Translations under genes and position numbers: made by a program
In this document: positions 52,756 through 64,000 of the stretch, one piece after another
Layout of the letters: every line of letters begins with the position of its first letter
Position numbering within the stretch: the stretch's first letter is position 1
Source of the DNA: Ptychomitrium polyphyllum
Lineage: Eukaryota
DNA: 64,000 nucleotides
Reading direction: 5' to 3'
Assembly: GCA_973851085.1 (NCBI GenBank)
Contig: OZ316775.1
Location: 9,486,001 to 9,550,000, forward strand
Notes under the pieces: generated by a model
Databases searched by the model: none
What the model saw: the letters and a program-made list of their open reading frames with translations, nothing else
Told to the model about the DNA's origin: nothing

Positions 52756-55700
52756 TCATTGATGAAATTTGCATATCTTCTCAGATGCATTTGTTAGGTT
52801 TGTTAAAGGTTCCCATGTTCGGTCATTAATGTCATATCCTTGCCAATGTATAAAATACTCCATATGTCCGTTCTTAATGTGTGAATCTAAGATCTCTTTC
52901 ACTTTATATTCAATTTCATTATTGATTTCCAGCAAAGGAGGCGGACGGACAATTCTCTCTAGTATACATGATTTGTTATAGGTTTTCAACAACAATACGT
53001 AGAATACTAGATGAATTTGCATGCTTGGTGGTAGCTTTAGGCAATAACTAACTGGATTTATCTGTTTGTTGATTTTAAATAATTCCAACTTTTGATAGTC
53101 CAACTTCTTTGATGGTCTTTTTGTTTGCATATTTTGTTGTAGAAGCCATACATTATTTCCAACCTTAAACTTTGGATGGTCTTTTTGATGGCAATCTGCA
53201 TAAGTTTTGTAACGATCTTGAGCTTGTTGTAACTGGAAGGTAATTTCTTAATGGATTTTAGCAAGTTGAATTGTAAAATCCTCTATCTCAGGACTTCTAA
53301 TATGCTTCACTTGAAATGGATCTAATCAAGGATGATGGCCATAGTTTGCAAAGAATGGTCTTTGAGTTGTTGAAAAATACGTTGTATTGTTGTAAGCAAA
53401 CTTTGCCAAAGGCAAGAAGTCCATTCAGTTGTCTTGCTGCTCCAAAATGTGATTCACACATTTGATTTGACCATCAGTTTGTGGATGGTATGCTGAAGAG
53501 AGGTTGATCTTTACGCGCAACAGCTAGAATAGAACCCTCCAAAAGTTGGAAATGAACTGCGGCCCTTGATCGGATACAATATAATCTAGTAGTCCATGTA
53601 TGCGGTAAACGTGATTTAAGAATAATTTGGCAGTTTCTTCTTCCATTACCGTCTTGTTGCATGGAATGGAATATGCCATTTTGGTAAATCGATCCACCAC
53701 TACCAAAATAGAATCCTTAAAATCGGAGTTTGGAAGGTCCTTGATAAAATCCATTGACAAAGATAATCATGGGCCCTTTGGCACTAGAAGCGGATGGAGG
53801 AGACCATGAGGTTGGTGTCTTGGTACCTTGGCTCTTGCACTAATGTTGCATGATCAAATAAAGTCCTTCATGTATTTCCACATTTGTGGTCACCAATAGT
53901 CTCTTGCAATCAACTCCATTGTTTTATTGAATCCAAAATGTCTTGCTGCTAGGAAATTATGACGTACTTGAAGGATCTTCGACTGCAAAGGGCCTGGAGG
54001 TAGGTATAAAAGTCCTTTATAATAAAGTAGGCCTTCTTGAAATTCAAAGTCCTCATCGCTATTTGAAAGACCTCCATTGTCTTTGAGGAGCTTTTTTATA
54101 TTTGAAACAAAGATATCATTCTTTAAAGCCTTCCGAATTTTGTCAAGATGGGATGTTGTAGTAATAATCACTGCTTTCAATTGAAGATTCTCTATCTTCA
54201 ATAAAATAATCCTTTGATGATCCAAAACATCATTTTGATGTTGAAGATAAAATAAGATCTTTGAGATAAGGCATTTGATTTATCTTGTAGGCTACCAAAT
54301 TGATAGGTAATAACAAAGTCAAATCTAGAAAGCGACATACTCTACCTTGCTTGACGGCGATTCAAAACACGCGTACTCATGAAATACTTCAAGTTCTTGT
54401 GGTTTATGTATATTGTAATGGTATGTTGAGCTCCTTCCAACAAGTGTCGCTATTCCTCAAATGCATTTACAATTGCAAATAATTCTTTATCATGTATATC
54501 ATAGTTGATCTCTACGTGAAGTCTCCTATCTTCATCATATTGTGAGAGTACTGAGCCAAGTGCAAAATCTGAGGCATCGGCTTTTCCAAATAGAAAGGCT
54601 TTGATGAATTTGGATGAATAAGGATTGGAGCCGACGTAAATGACTTTTTAAGACTTTGAAATGCTTTTTTCGCCTCCTCATTCTAAGTGAATTTTTGCTT
54701 CTCCGTAAGACATGTTAATGGTGCCGCAATTTTGGATTAATCCTTGATGAATATCTTGTAGAAGTTTGCAAATTCCAAGAAGCATTAAACATCTTGAATT
54801 GATCTTAGCATACTCCACTCCATGACAGTGCTTATTTTCTTCTTATCCATATGGATTCCTCCTTTGGAAATGATGTAGCTTAAAAATTCAACTAAGGATT
54901 TATGGAAAAGGTACTTCTTCAATTTGGCATATAATCCTTGCTAGCATAGTTTTTCTAAGACTAGCCGCACATGACATTTGTGGTCTTGTTCATCCTTTGA
55001 ATATATCAAAATATCATCCAAGTAAATGACTATAAAATCATCTAAATGTTATTGGAAGATATCATTCATCATGTGTTGGAAGATTGCAGGGGCATTAGTA
55101 AGGCCAAAAGGCATGACATTGTATTCAAAATGACCATACCTAGATCAAAAAGTTGTCTTCCATTCGTCTCCTACTTTAATGCGTACAAGATTGTAGGCTC
55201 TTCTAAGATTAATTTTGATGAATATCTTTGCTTGGCCAAATTGTTATAGGAGTCCTGAGATTAATGGTAATGGATAGTAATTCTTTTTTGTTATTTTATT
55301 GAGGCGTCAATAATCCACGCACATACGTAATGATCCATCTTTTTTCTTTATAAAGAGAATGGGTGCTCCAACAGGTGATTTAGAGTGTTAAATGAAACCC
55401 TTTCCGAGGTTTTCATCAATATATTCTCTCAAAGCAGTCAACTCGGTTTGTAATAAGTTATAAATAGGTTCAAAAGGTAGTTAGATTCCTTCTTGCAACT
55501 GAATGATACAATCGTAAGGCCGGTGCTTTGGTAATATGTCCGCATTTTTCTTTTCAAAAACATCTTTATAATCTTGATATTGACGAGGTATATTTTGATT
55601 AGTCTCTATTATAGAGCTGGACATTGGTGTGGAATAAATGACATAAATTGATTCATCCTTTGCCGCTTTCATGAATGTCTTAGCTCCAATTAATGATGGT

Positions 55701-57176
55701 TCAAGATTTCTTGTACCCTGACGTCTTTTCCTTGAGACCATACCCCGTGAGCGCCAATGAATGTCTACATTATGTAATTCAAACCAAAGAAGGCTCAAGA
55801 CAATAGGATTTGTTTGGCATTGAATGATGTCAAAGACAATTTTAGATGCTTGGTTTCCCAAAACAACCTCCAAGATTGAGTTTCTTCAATAACATTGCTG
55901 GATGCAAGAGATTGTCCATCAATAACTTCAACAGGTGCGGGGTATTTTTTGTTCACAAGCACCATGTGATGTTTGGTTGCAAAATCCTTGTCCATGAAGC
56001 ATGCTATTGCACTAGTGTCTAAAAAGCCTCACTAACTATTTTATCATCTAAAAATTTGATTTTGATAGGAAATGTAAAGCAAGAGGGAAGGCTTTAAGGT
56101 ACTAAGAGACTTTGATTTGATGGTCGTTTCCTTGTGGTGTCCAATCGTATGGTTCCTACTGTGACTAGATAGCCTCGTTTTCCAAGTCCATCATTGTGCT
56201 TTGAGCCTTAAAGGGAGATTCGTTTATTTGGCAATTGCACACTTTATGTCTGGACTTGCCACAATACAACCATAGATTTCTTCTTTGACGCCTTTCTTTT
56301 TCATTTGGAGTCAAACGTCTAATTTGGGCAACATCAATTTGCATAGGTTCTGGTCCTTGTGGTTGGCTTTCTAATATTCTTAAAGAAGTGGTAGCCATGC
56401 TTTGATATACTGGTACCCATTCCAAGCGTTGTTCTTGGTAACTTTTAAATAGTCTATGATCACATGATATTACTTGAGTGATGAATTCGTCCAATGTTTC
56501 AACTCTTGGCATTGTGAGTAGCAAGTCCTTCACATTCTTTCTTAAACCCCATCGGAATCGTGTGACCAAGGCCTTATTATTCCAATCAAGGTTCTAAGCT
56601 AAATGTCAAAACTCTGCAACATGTGTAACAGCTGAGCATTGTCATTGTTGTAGACTTTGGTTCCTTATCTTAGCCACCTTCTCTCGGTCGGTGTCTCTAA
56701 AAATAGAAGTTAATGCTTCTATAAAAGCATCTAAGTTGTTCAATAATGGTGGTTGCTTTTTTATCAATTGTGCAAACCACAATAGTACATTGTTTGATAA
56801 AAGAGTGGCCACAAATCCCACTTAAGTTGTGCCATCATGATAGCGAGATTGGTACAAACTAAGGAAGAGCCTTGTTTGTTGAACAAAGCCTCTCAATTTT
56901 GATCTTGATCCATCACTTTTGTCTAGCATGCTAATCTTTGACTCTCCATGGATTCAACATAAGCCTTCTCTTCCAATATTGGCCTCTTGCAATTGATCAA
57001 CCTCTTGATATAGACTTTGAATATCACCATTAGATTCTTGAGCTTGCCGATTGTGTTGCTCCAAATTGTTGGTGGTGTTGAAGCGAGTGAATTTTGTTCA
57101 AATTGTGTTTAATAACCCTTGAAGGTCTGCAATAGTTGCAAAATCTATTATCTGATGTTCCAGGCATGTTATCCAT
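52756..57176 (-). pseudogene. Disrupted gag-pol of the chromovirus
   Basis: Gag FRWGL, EPMQID and knuckle WLYCGKSRHKVCNC; protease LDTSA; RT YLDD at 55024-55013; integrase SMDFI and IVSDQGPQF; chromodomain EYKVKEILDS...YFIHWQGY...TWEP; many stops and frameshifts. Confidence 0.92.
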
Positions 57177-57413
57177 TTCTTAAGACTGTCAAAGATATGA
57201 AAATTTTGAATACTTTCAAAGGAGGATAATCTACGTCATTTGAAAAAAAATAGTACTTGGTTCTAGAAGGAAAAACCAACTTTATGGTGCCAGCTTAAAG
57301 AAAGGTAATCTGCAACTTTTAAGACACTATGGAATCCTATAGAATATGGGTAATCCACAATTATCTTCAAAGAACCTTAGCTTTGACAAAGATGAAGAGT
57401 AGTCTTGCCAAAT

Positions 57414-57872
57414 TGTTAGGGACACAAGAAACAAGAAGCAGAAACGAAGTTTTTCCCAATAATTAGCGTCCAAAGGACTAATGATAAACAAGAACTTGAT
57501 ACAAAAACTAGAATAAGGGAGGATTCAAGATGATCCACAATTTGTGTTAGCAAGACTAAGGAATACCTTATATTGCCTCCTATTATACTATGACGCTTGT
57601 ATTTCCTAGGATACTTCTAAAAAAGCTTCCTATAAGGCTTAAGAATGTTTTAAAACTCTAGGGAACCTTCCCAAGAAGTTTTCTAAGAAGTTACCTGAGA
57701 TGATGGAGCCTACTTAGGAAGTTACCTAAGGTGGAGGAACTTTCCTAGAAAGCTTTCCAAAAACATGGAAATGCTATAGAAACATTTTAAAGTATTCTAA
57801 GAAGCTATTATAATATACTAGAAGGTTCTAGGATATTTTAAGGATTATGTTGTATGATCTATGTCTGTGACA
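57414..57872 (-). repeat. 5' LTR (459 bp)
   Basis: TG...CA termini; homologous to 51539-52077 but with fewer U3 sub-repeats. Confidence 0.9.
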
Positions 57873-58292
57873 TGTACAACAACATAGATTTATTCCAATC
57901 TCATTTATTGTGAATATGGCTAAATTTTGATCAACTATAAACTTGTCATTTGAAATCCATATTGGACTCCTCAATTATTGCATATTAAGCTTTGTAAAAA
58001 GTGCTACATTATCAACTAATGGTTCCACCCTCAAGTATCAATCTTGACAAATAAAAACCATTATAAAGAGGGATAGCAAAAACAAAATGTGGTTTATATT
58101 TTTCCAAAATGCACTTAGTACATTTGCTATATAAACATGTTAATATTAATAGAAATGGATGCAACATTAAGGCATGCCATTGTTCAAATAAATATACTCA
58201 AAATTGCATAATGAACAAAAAAAAAAAAATTCATAAAAATTCTTTGTTAATTTTTAATTTTAGAAATGGAGAAAAAGAAGAACAAGATTTAA

Positions 58293-58737
58293 TATCAAAG
58301 ACATAAGAAACAAGGAATTAGACAAGAGTTCATCTCAAGAATTAGCCTCTAAAGAATTATTAGATATTAAGAAATAGTATAAGAATTAATACGAGACACA
58401 ATAATGGATGTGTTTCACAATTTGTGTAAGCAAGACCAAGGAGTTCCTTACCTTATTTCTAATTTATACCATGAAACCTATACTTTTCTAAGATACTTCT
58501 ATAAAAACTCTTTATAAAACTATAGTATGTTTCAAAGGTTCGTAAATCATTTTAAAGAAGTTTTCTCAAGAAACAAGAATTATTAGAAGCTACTAGTAGC
58601 TTTGTAGAATCTACTGGAAGCTATTGGAAGATACTAGAAGCTATTGAATGTTATAAATTATTAAAAGTCTTTTAGAATCTATTGGAAGATCTGAAAAGAT
58701 TCTACGAGACTATATTGCATGATATATATTTATGACA
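58293..58737 (-). mobile_element. Degenerate solo LTR related to the adjacent chromovirus LTRs
   Basis: Colinear motifs (aagaaacaag, aattagc, cacaatttgtgtaagcaagac, tttatac, gattctacgagactatattgcatgat, tgaca); flanks tttaa / tctga. Confidence 0.7.
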
Positions 58738-59119
58738 TCTGAGTATAGAGGTAGAATAAGTTAAATTTGGAAATCATTGAGACTTCCAAAATGTCCAAAT
58801 TTGAAAATTCTCTGGATGATTTAAAGAAGTTACAGGGTAAAGTAAATCTCTTTTGAACTTGCTCAAAGCATCAACATTATAAAGGGTCAAGATTATATAT
58901 TAAAGTGATAGGATTGAATGAAAGTATAAATAAAATTATTATAAATTCAACACAATTCATTTTGTATCAATATGATTATATTTGAATATATTTAGATTTA
59001 TAGCTTTATTAAAATTTTGTAATATAATATACAAATGAAATAAACTGTTGTTTTTTAATCCTAATGTTTTGGTGGAATTAAGCACATTTATTAAATAACA
59101 TGCACTTTTTGGCTATAGG

Positions 59120-59522
59120 TGTCACAAATTTACATATCAAAAGCATCTAAAAAGATTTTTAGAAGGTTTAGAAAGGCTATAGAAGCTTCTAGGGAAGTTA
59201 GCATGGCTATGGAAGCTTCCAAGGATGCTACCTTGGCTAAAGAAGCTTCTAAAGAAGCAATCTAAGGTTACTTGAGTACAAAACAATGTAGTAGAAGTTT
59301 TTCAAGAAGTTTCTAAGGCTTGTAGTTCTAGTATATTTACACGTGTCAAGGCTGAAAGAATCTTCAAACTTGACAAACGCATTTCTTGCAATCTAGCTCA
59401 AATATCCTAGCCCTATCTTTATATCTTGTTATAATTCCTTATTTCTAAATATACCTTGGACATATCTTATTCCATATTATAAAATCCTAACGCCTTGCCT
59501 CGTTGTTACTCTATCCGTAATA
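59120..59522 (+). mobile_element. Solo LTR of a related gypsy family
   Basis: TGTCACA...CGTAATA termini, gaagcttc-rich U3-like repeats, TATA-like gtatattta, TSD ATAGG / ATTGG (4/5). Confidence 0.7.
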
Positions 59523-62500
59523 ATTGGAAACATCATCTTTGAATTGAAAATGCAAGTTTAACTAATTCAATTGTGCACTATTCTATTTAGCCTCTTATGT
59601 TTTCTTATAAGCAATACAAAAGTTGTCATTGTTTAATTTATTGATTCATTAACTGCCATCATGTGCTTTGAACCTCCAAATGATTGCTCAAATTTGCCTC
59701 CAAATTCTCCTTTATAAAACACAAATTTAATAACTTCTTTCAATTTTTTTTGAACTAGAAACTTAGCAAAATTAAGATTTTAATGTGTTCCACAACTACA
59801 AATGGCTTGATACTAACATTCAACACTAAGTACAAGACTTTTATGATGCAAACAGTTGATATTTTTAATTCTTTTTGTGTAATTGGAAAAATGGACAACA
59901 ATTTTTTATGTTGCTAATGAAATTAGATGACAACATTGATATTTGATATGCTAAATACCTATAAAGTAACTTTTATTAAGTTTGAAAACTAACTAATAAT
60001 GACAATTTTGCTATGGTTTTGGATATGTCTACAACAATCTTTATATCATTATGGATAGTAAAGTTTCATGATCCTTATCATATTTAGATTTTAAGCTTTC
60101 AACATCTACTTTAGGTTCTTTATTGAATTGTATTTTAAGTTTTTCTTCAATCTTTTAATTTGTTAAAGTATTATTCTATTTGGTTTGTTAAAATGAAAGC
60201 ATAATTAAAAAAGAACTTGTTTTTTTGTTGTTAGCATTAAGGCTACTAATCTTATAAGAGCTCGCAAGATAATGAGGATCAAATCTTGCATCCAACTCTA
60301 AGCAAATAAAATTTTCTTCAACTTGCTCCATTAACAACTTTTCACTTGTGTGCAACCTATCTTTTAGTTTGGAATGCTTATATGATTTTATTTTGCCACA
60401 ATCCAAGGATATTATATGTTCATTCAACAAAAGTGTAATTTAGCATTTCAATCTTCTTCTTAGTTTTTCAATTTTTTTCAATGTTACATTATTTAATAAC
60501 ATTTTGAAGTCACCCCTTTGAATCTTAATAACATCTTTCTTTGTATGTATTTATTTGCAATGGCCAATATAATTTGGAAATTTGAAAAATGTTGTGTTTG
60601 TTAGAAAAGAAATTACTTAAAATTTCAAAAATCTTTTATCTGTTTTTGTCTAGTTGTAATTTAGATTGATTCTTCAATGTTATAGGAAGTTGAATTATTG
60701 ATTTTGCATATAAAGGATTTTAGAATCAAACGCTCAAGCTGAAATATTGAGAAAAAACTTACAAATAAAGACTAACAATGAAAGAAAACTTGCTAAGGCA
60801 CAATTAAATAACAAAAAAGAACCATGTACAATACAACTAGTTAGCAAAAGAAGTAATTTGATAAATCCAAACAGAACTTAATCAAAAATGGTACACCACA
60901 TCCTCAAATCTTTTAGTAGAGGGTTTAAATACTAATAAGAAGTTTTCAAATTCTATAATTCTAGATCCACATCCATTGTTGAATTAACAAAAAAAACAAA
61001 CTAACAACTATCTTCCAATAATATTGATAAGGGAATTCAATAATATTAGATGGTTGACCAAATAGGCCAATAATAAAAAATTTCCTTGTAGTATAAATTG
61101 CCAAACAAATAATCAAATAATCAAATAAACAAATAATCAAATAGTAGTTGCTAAACAATTAAATCTCTACAAAAGTTAACTCAGTTGCAAAGCTTCCATT
61201 ACATGTTTAATTCAATATTCTTGCCTATTTTTATAAGATATATATAGATTATAATGGTTCAATCATGTTATAAAGGCTTAATTTAGAAAGTAATATTGTA
61301 TTTCATTTTAATTTAGTCTAAATAATTCTTAATGTTGCAGATTTTTTTCTTCAATTTTCCACTTGAATTGTCATTTGATAGTTATTGTTAATTTTAAAGT
61401 ATTTTTTGCAAGTAGGGTGATTTAAATGGCATTTTAAATGTTGAATAACATATAAATATCTAATAGCCTTCAAATGATCCTAAATGCATCAATTTTAATT
61501 AATCTTTGAAAGCTATTGTTGTCTTCTTTACTACTTCAAAGCTTTTGAAAAAATTATAATATATTTTTTTCTATTTTCAAATCAAATAGTTTATGTACAT
61601 GAATTTACATACATTAATTAGTTTGTGCTACTTCTTATTGACAATTCTTAAATTATTTTTTTAATATAAAATGCTTACAAGAAAAATTTAAATATGATAA
61701 AAATGAAAGATATATTAATTATTAGCAACTTGTACAAGAAGATTTTCACAAGAAGAATTTAGTTGCAATAGAGCACATTGCAAATGAGTTGCTCTTGCAA
61801 TCTTTAGTTCTTTTGAATAGATTGTCAGAGTGGACAAGTTTGATAGAAACCTTAACTTAATGAATCAATTTCAAGATATGATTTTTTCATATTCATGAAT
61901 ATAAAATTATGTGATTTTACATGTAAATTGGTTTGAATTAGACTCCAATGGAGAGGACGTTCAATAGACATGCTATCCATGTGCATATAAGAGCAAGGGC
62001 CTAAAGAAAAGATTGTTTTTTTAGAAACAATAAGTTTTTTTAATCAATACAAGGTAGTGGTGATTCTATTTCTTTGAGATAACTAGCTATGTTAGGGCAC
62101 TTGAGTGTATGTTTAGGTATTGATTTTATTCATACATAATTCCTTGGAGTCCAGTGTGAGCTGGATGCCAAAGCACAAGGTATGTCGAGTTTCTTGCATG
62201 ATGCTTTTGGCCTGTAAACCATGACTTATATACAAAGTTGTCTGTTCCAAGGCCGTTCGAAATCAAGTTTCAGAAGTTTCTATTGTGGTTCAGAATCGTC
62301 TCTCAAGATGGTCACTCTTTTTTTATGAAAGACTTTGTTTCGAGGATCCGGAACGATGGAGTGCAGGCGGGCTTCAGAGGGGAGAACTTCACAGTATATT
62401 AGATGAGAGTCTGGGGGAGGAAGCAAAAGGTACAATCCTTTGCAAGGGATGGAATGGATGTCAAACTCAGCCATGTCAGGTGTGTGACAAGTCGACAGGT

Positions 62501-64000
62501 GTTCTGCACCAATCACGGCAGCAGGACATCATTGACGTATAATTATACTTCTCTGTAATGGCTCTCATTTTTTTTGTATCGCAGAAAGGACTTCAATATT
62601 TGATGTGCCATGCAGCAAGGCTCACATTATGTGCTTAACATGATCCAAAAGCATCGTAGGAAGCTCGGCACATGTAGAGAAGAACGCCCAAACACACTAT
62701 ACAGAACTGTCCATGCTTTGGTAGTATGTTTGGGTTAATGAGATGTTTTGTTTTTGTTTTTTGAAACAAATGAAATACTTTACTTGTTGATGAGATGTTT
62801 ACTACCCGTACACTACTAGTTAGAGTTGCGATTGAGTGTAGCCCGTCATCGGAAAACGTAAAGAAGCTTACACATCGTAGAAGGATGTGAGATGTGGTTG
62901 GTTTGATCAGTGTGGCTATCAGCGAGAATCTGCTGTTGACGAGAGGGTGTTCAGGAGTTGCCCCTGAAGATTTGATGGACTGAAAGCATACCTTTCTCGG
63001 CCTTTGTGAGATCATGTCTAGTATCTGTCCCTCATGATATTAATCTGATTTTTTCTAGGCGCGGGTCCATTAGCTTGCTGCCTGGTAATTAGCTCTGCCC
63101 TCCTCTATCTTCAGAGGAACTCAATTTAAATCTCAAACCCGAATTTTGCTTTTTGAATATCCGAACACATGGTGTGAACTCCTAAAAATTCCTTACGGTA
63201 TTTGCAATAGCTATGGGTTGGTGACAGAAGACATTTAAAACTTATTCTTACAGATGTTAAATGCTGGTGTTGTAACTCTCTTCTTGAGTTACTAGCATGC
63301 CCTGCGAAGAACTCTCCGACGGTGGCATCAGAGGGGTTGATTCAGTGCATCTGTTGTGTGGATTGTGATCTGTTTATCATGGATCACATTGTACTGGTTG
63401 AAGCTCTACACTTTTCTTTGTATCAGGTGCGGGCTTTGATGAGGATGGGTTACACACAAGTTATACATGTGCAGACCCAAATACATGAAATTTCCAAGTT
63501 ACAGAATGAATCGTAATGTTACACAGCAGTACAAATTGCTCAATGTGTTCAAAGGATACCTTATTCATTGTTTGGGAAGATCATTCAGCTTCGTCACACG
63601 AATATCCTTCCAACATATTTGGGTGCAGTTCGCACATTATCATATTAGAATTGCTTGTAACTGAATGTTTTTCGTCGTCACAAACCCCAACTCTCACTGT
63701 CAGGTAGAAAAGTCGGAGTGCATCATAAGACATAGGCAAGCAGGGCCACTCATGAATTCTCCAGCTAAACATAGCAAGAAAATTTCTAGGGTTTTGTGCG
63801 ATATGGTGCCAATTGATCTTTCGGTGGTCGTATCCGGAGTTCGATCTTTCGTTGTTCACAACTTCCAGACGGGTTCCGGACTTTCTGTAAATACAGATCG
63901 TGGTCGAATGCATCCGCTGCTCATGTGTTTGATTAATATGCGTGTGCACAACAAATTCACCGAGGATAACTGAACCGAAGGTCAATCTAAGGTTTGGATT

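Larger units (their letters stand above)
51539..57872 (-). mobile_element. Full-length, decayed Ty3/gypsy chromovirus LTR retrotransposon (Tcn1-like)
   Basis: Two homologous LTRs; TSD TGTAG (51534-51538) / TGTAC (57873-57877); polypurine tract at 52078-52089; domain order gag-PR-RT-RH-INT-chromodomain on the minus strand. Confidence 0.95.

Noticed and set aside
60188..60430. LELDARF peptide as a hAT transposase relic
   Set aside because: Too short and degenerate; no TIRs or catalytic motifs found.

Overview
Eukaryotic plant genomic DNA, most consistent with a moss (Physcomitrium/Funariaceae-like; inferred from gene style, very AT-rich spacers and the retroelement type). There are seven apparently intact spliced genes, all reconstructed with GT-AG introns and in-frame exon sums: a single-DUF26/Gnk2 secreted protein with a hydrophobic C-terminal tail (not visible in the ORF track), a bestrophin-like VCCN/UPF0187 channel, serine decarboxylase, an atypical remorin-like protein, an AKR4C-like aldo-keto reductase, ferritin and cytosolic HSP70. 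Also present are an RCC1-repeat pseudogene, a degenerate LINE fragment, a full-length decayed Ty3/gypsy chromovirus and two solo LTRs. The chromovirus is the most informative element: it shows a self-priming PBS, a -1 frameshift signal, and an extra ~150-codon ORF after the chromodomain. The ferritin leader carries a templated inverted insertion and a possible His/Cys-rich overlapping uORF. All family calls come from motif recognition by eye; no database search was run.
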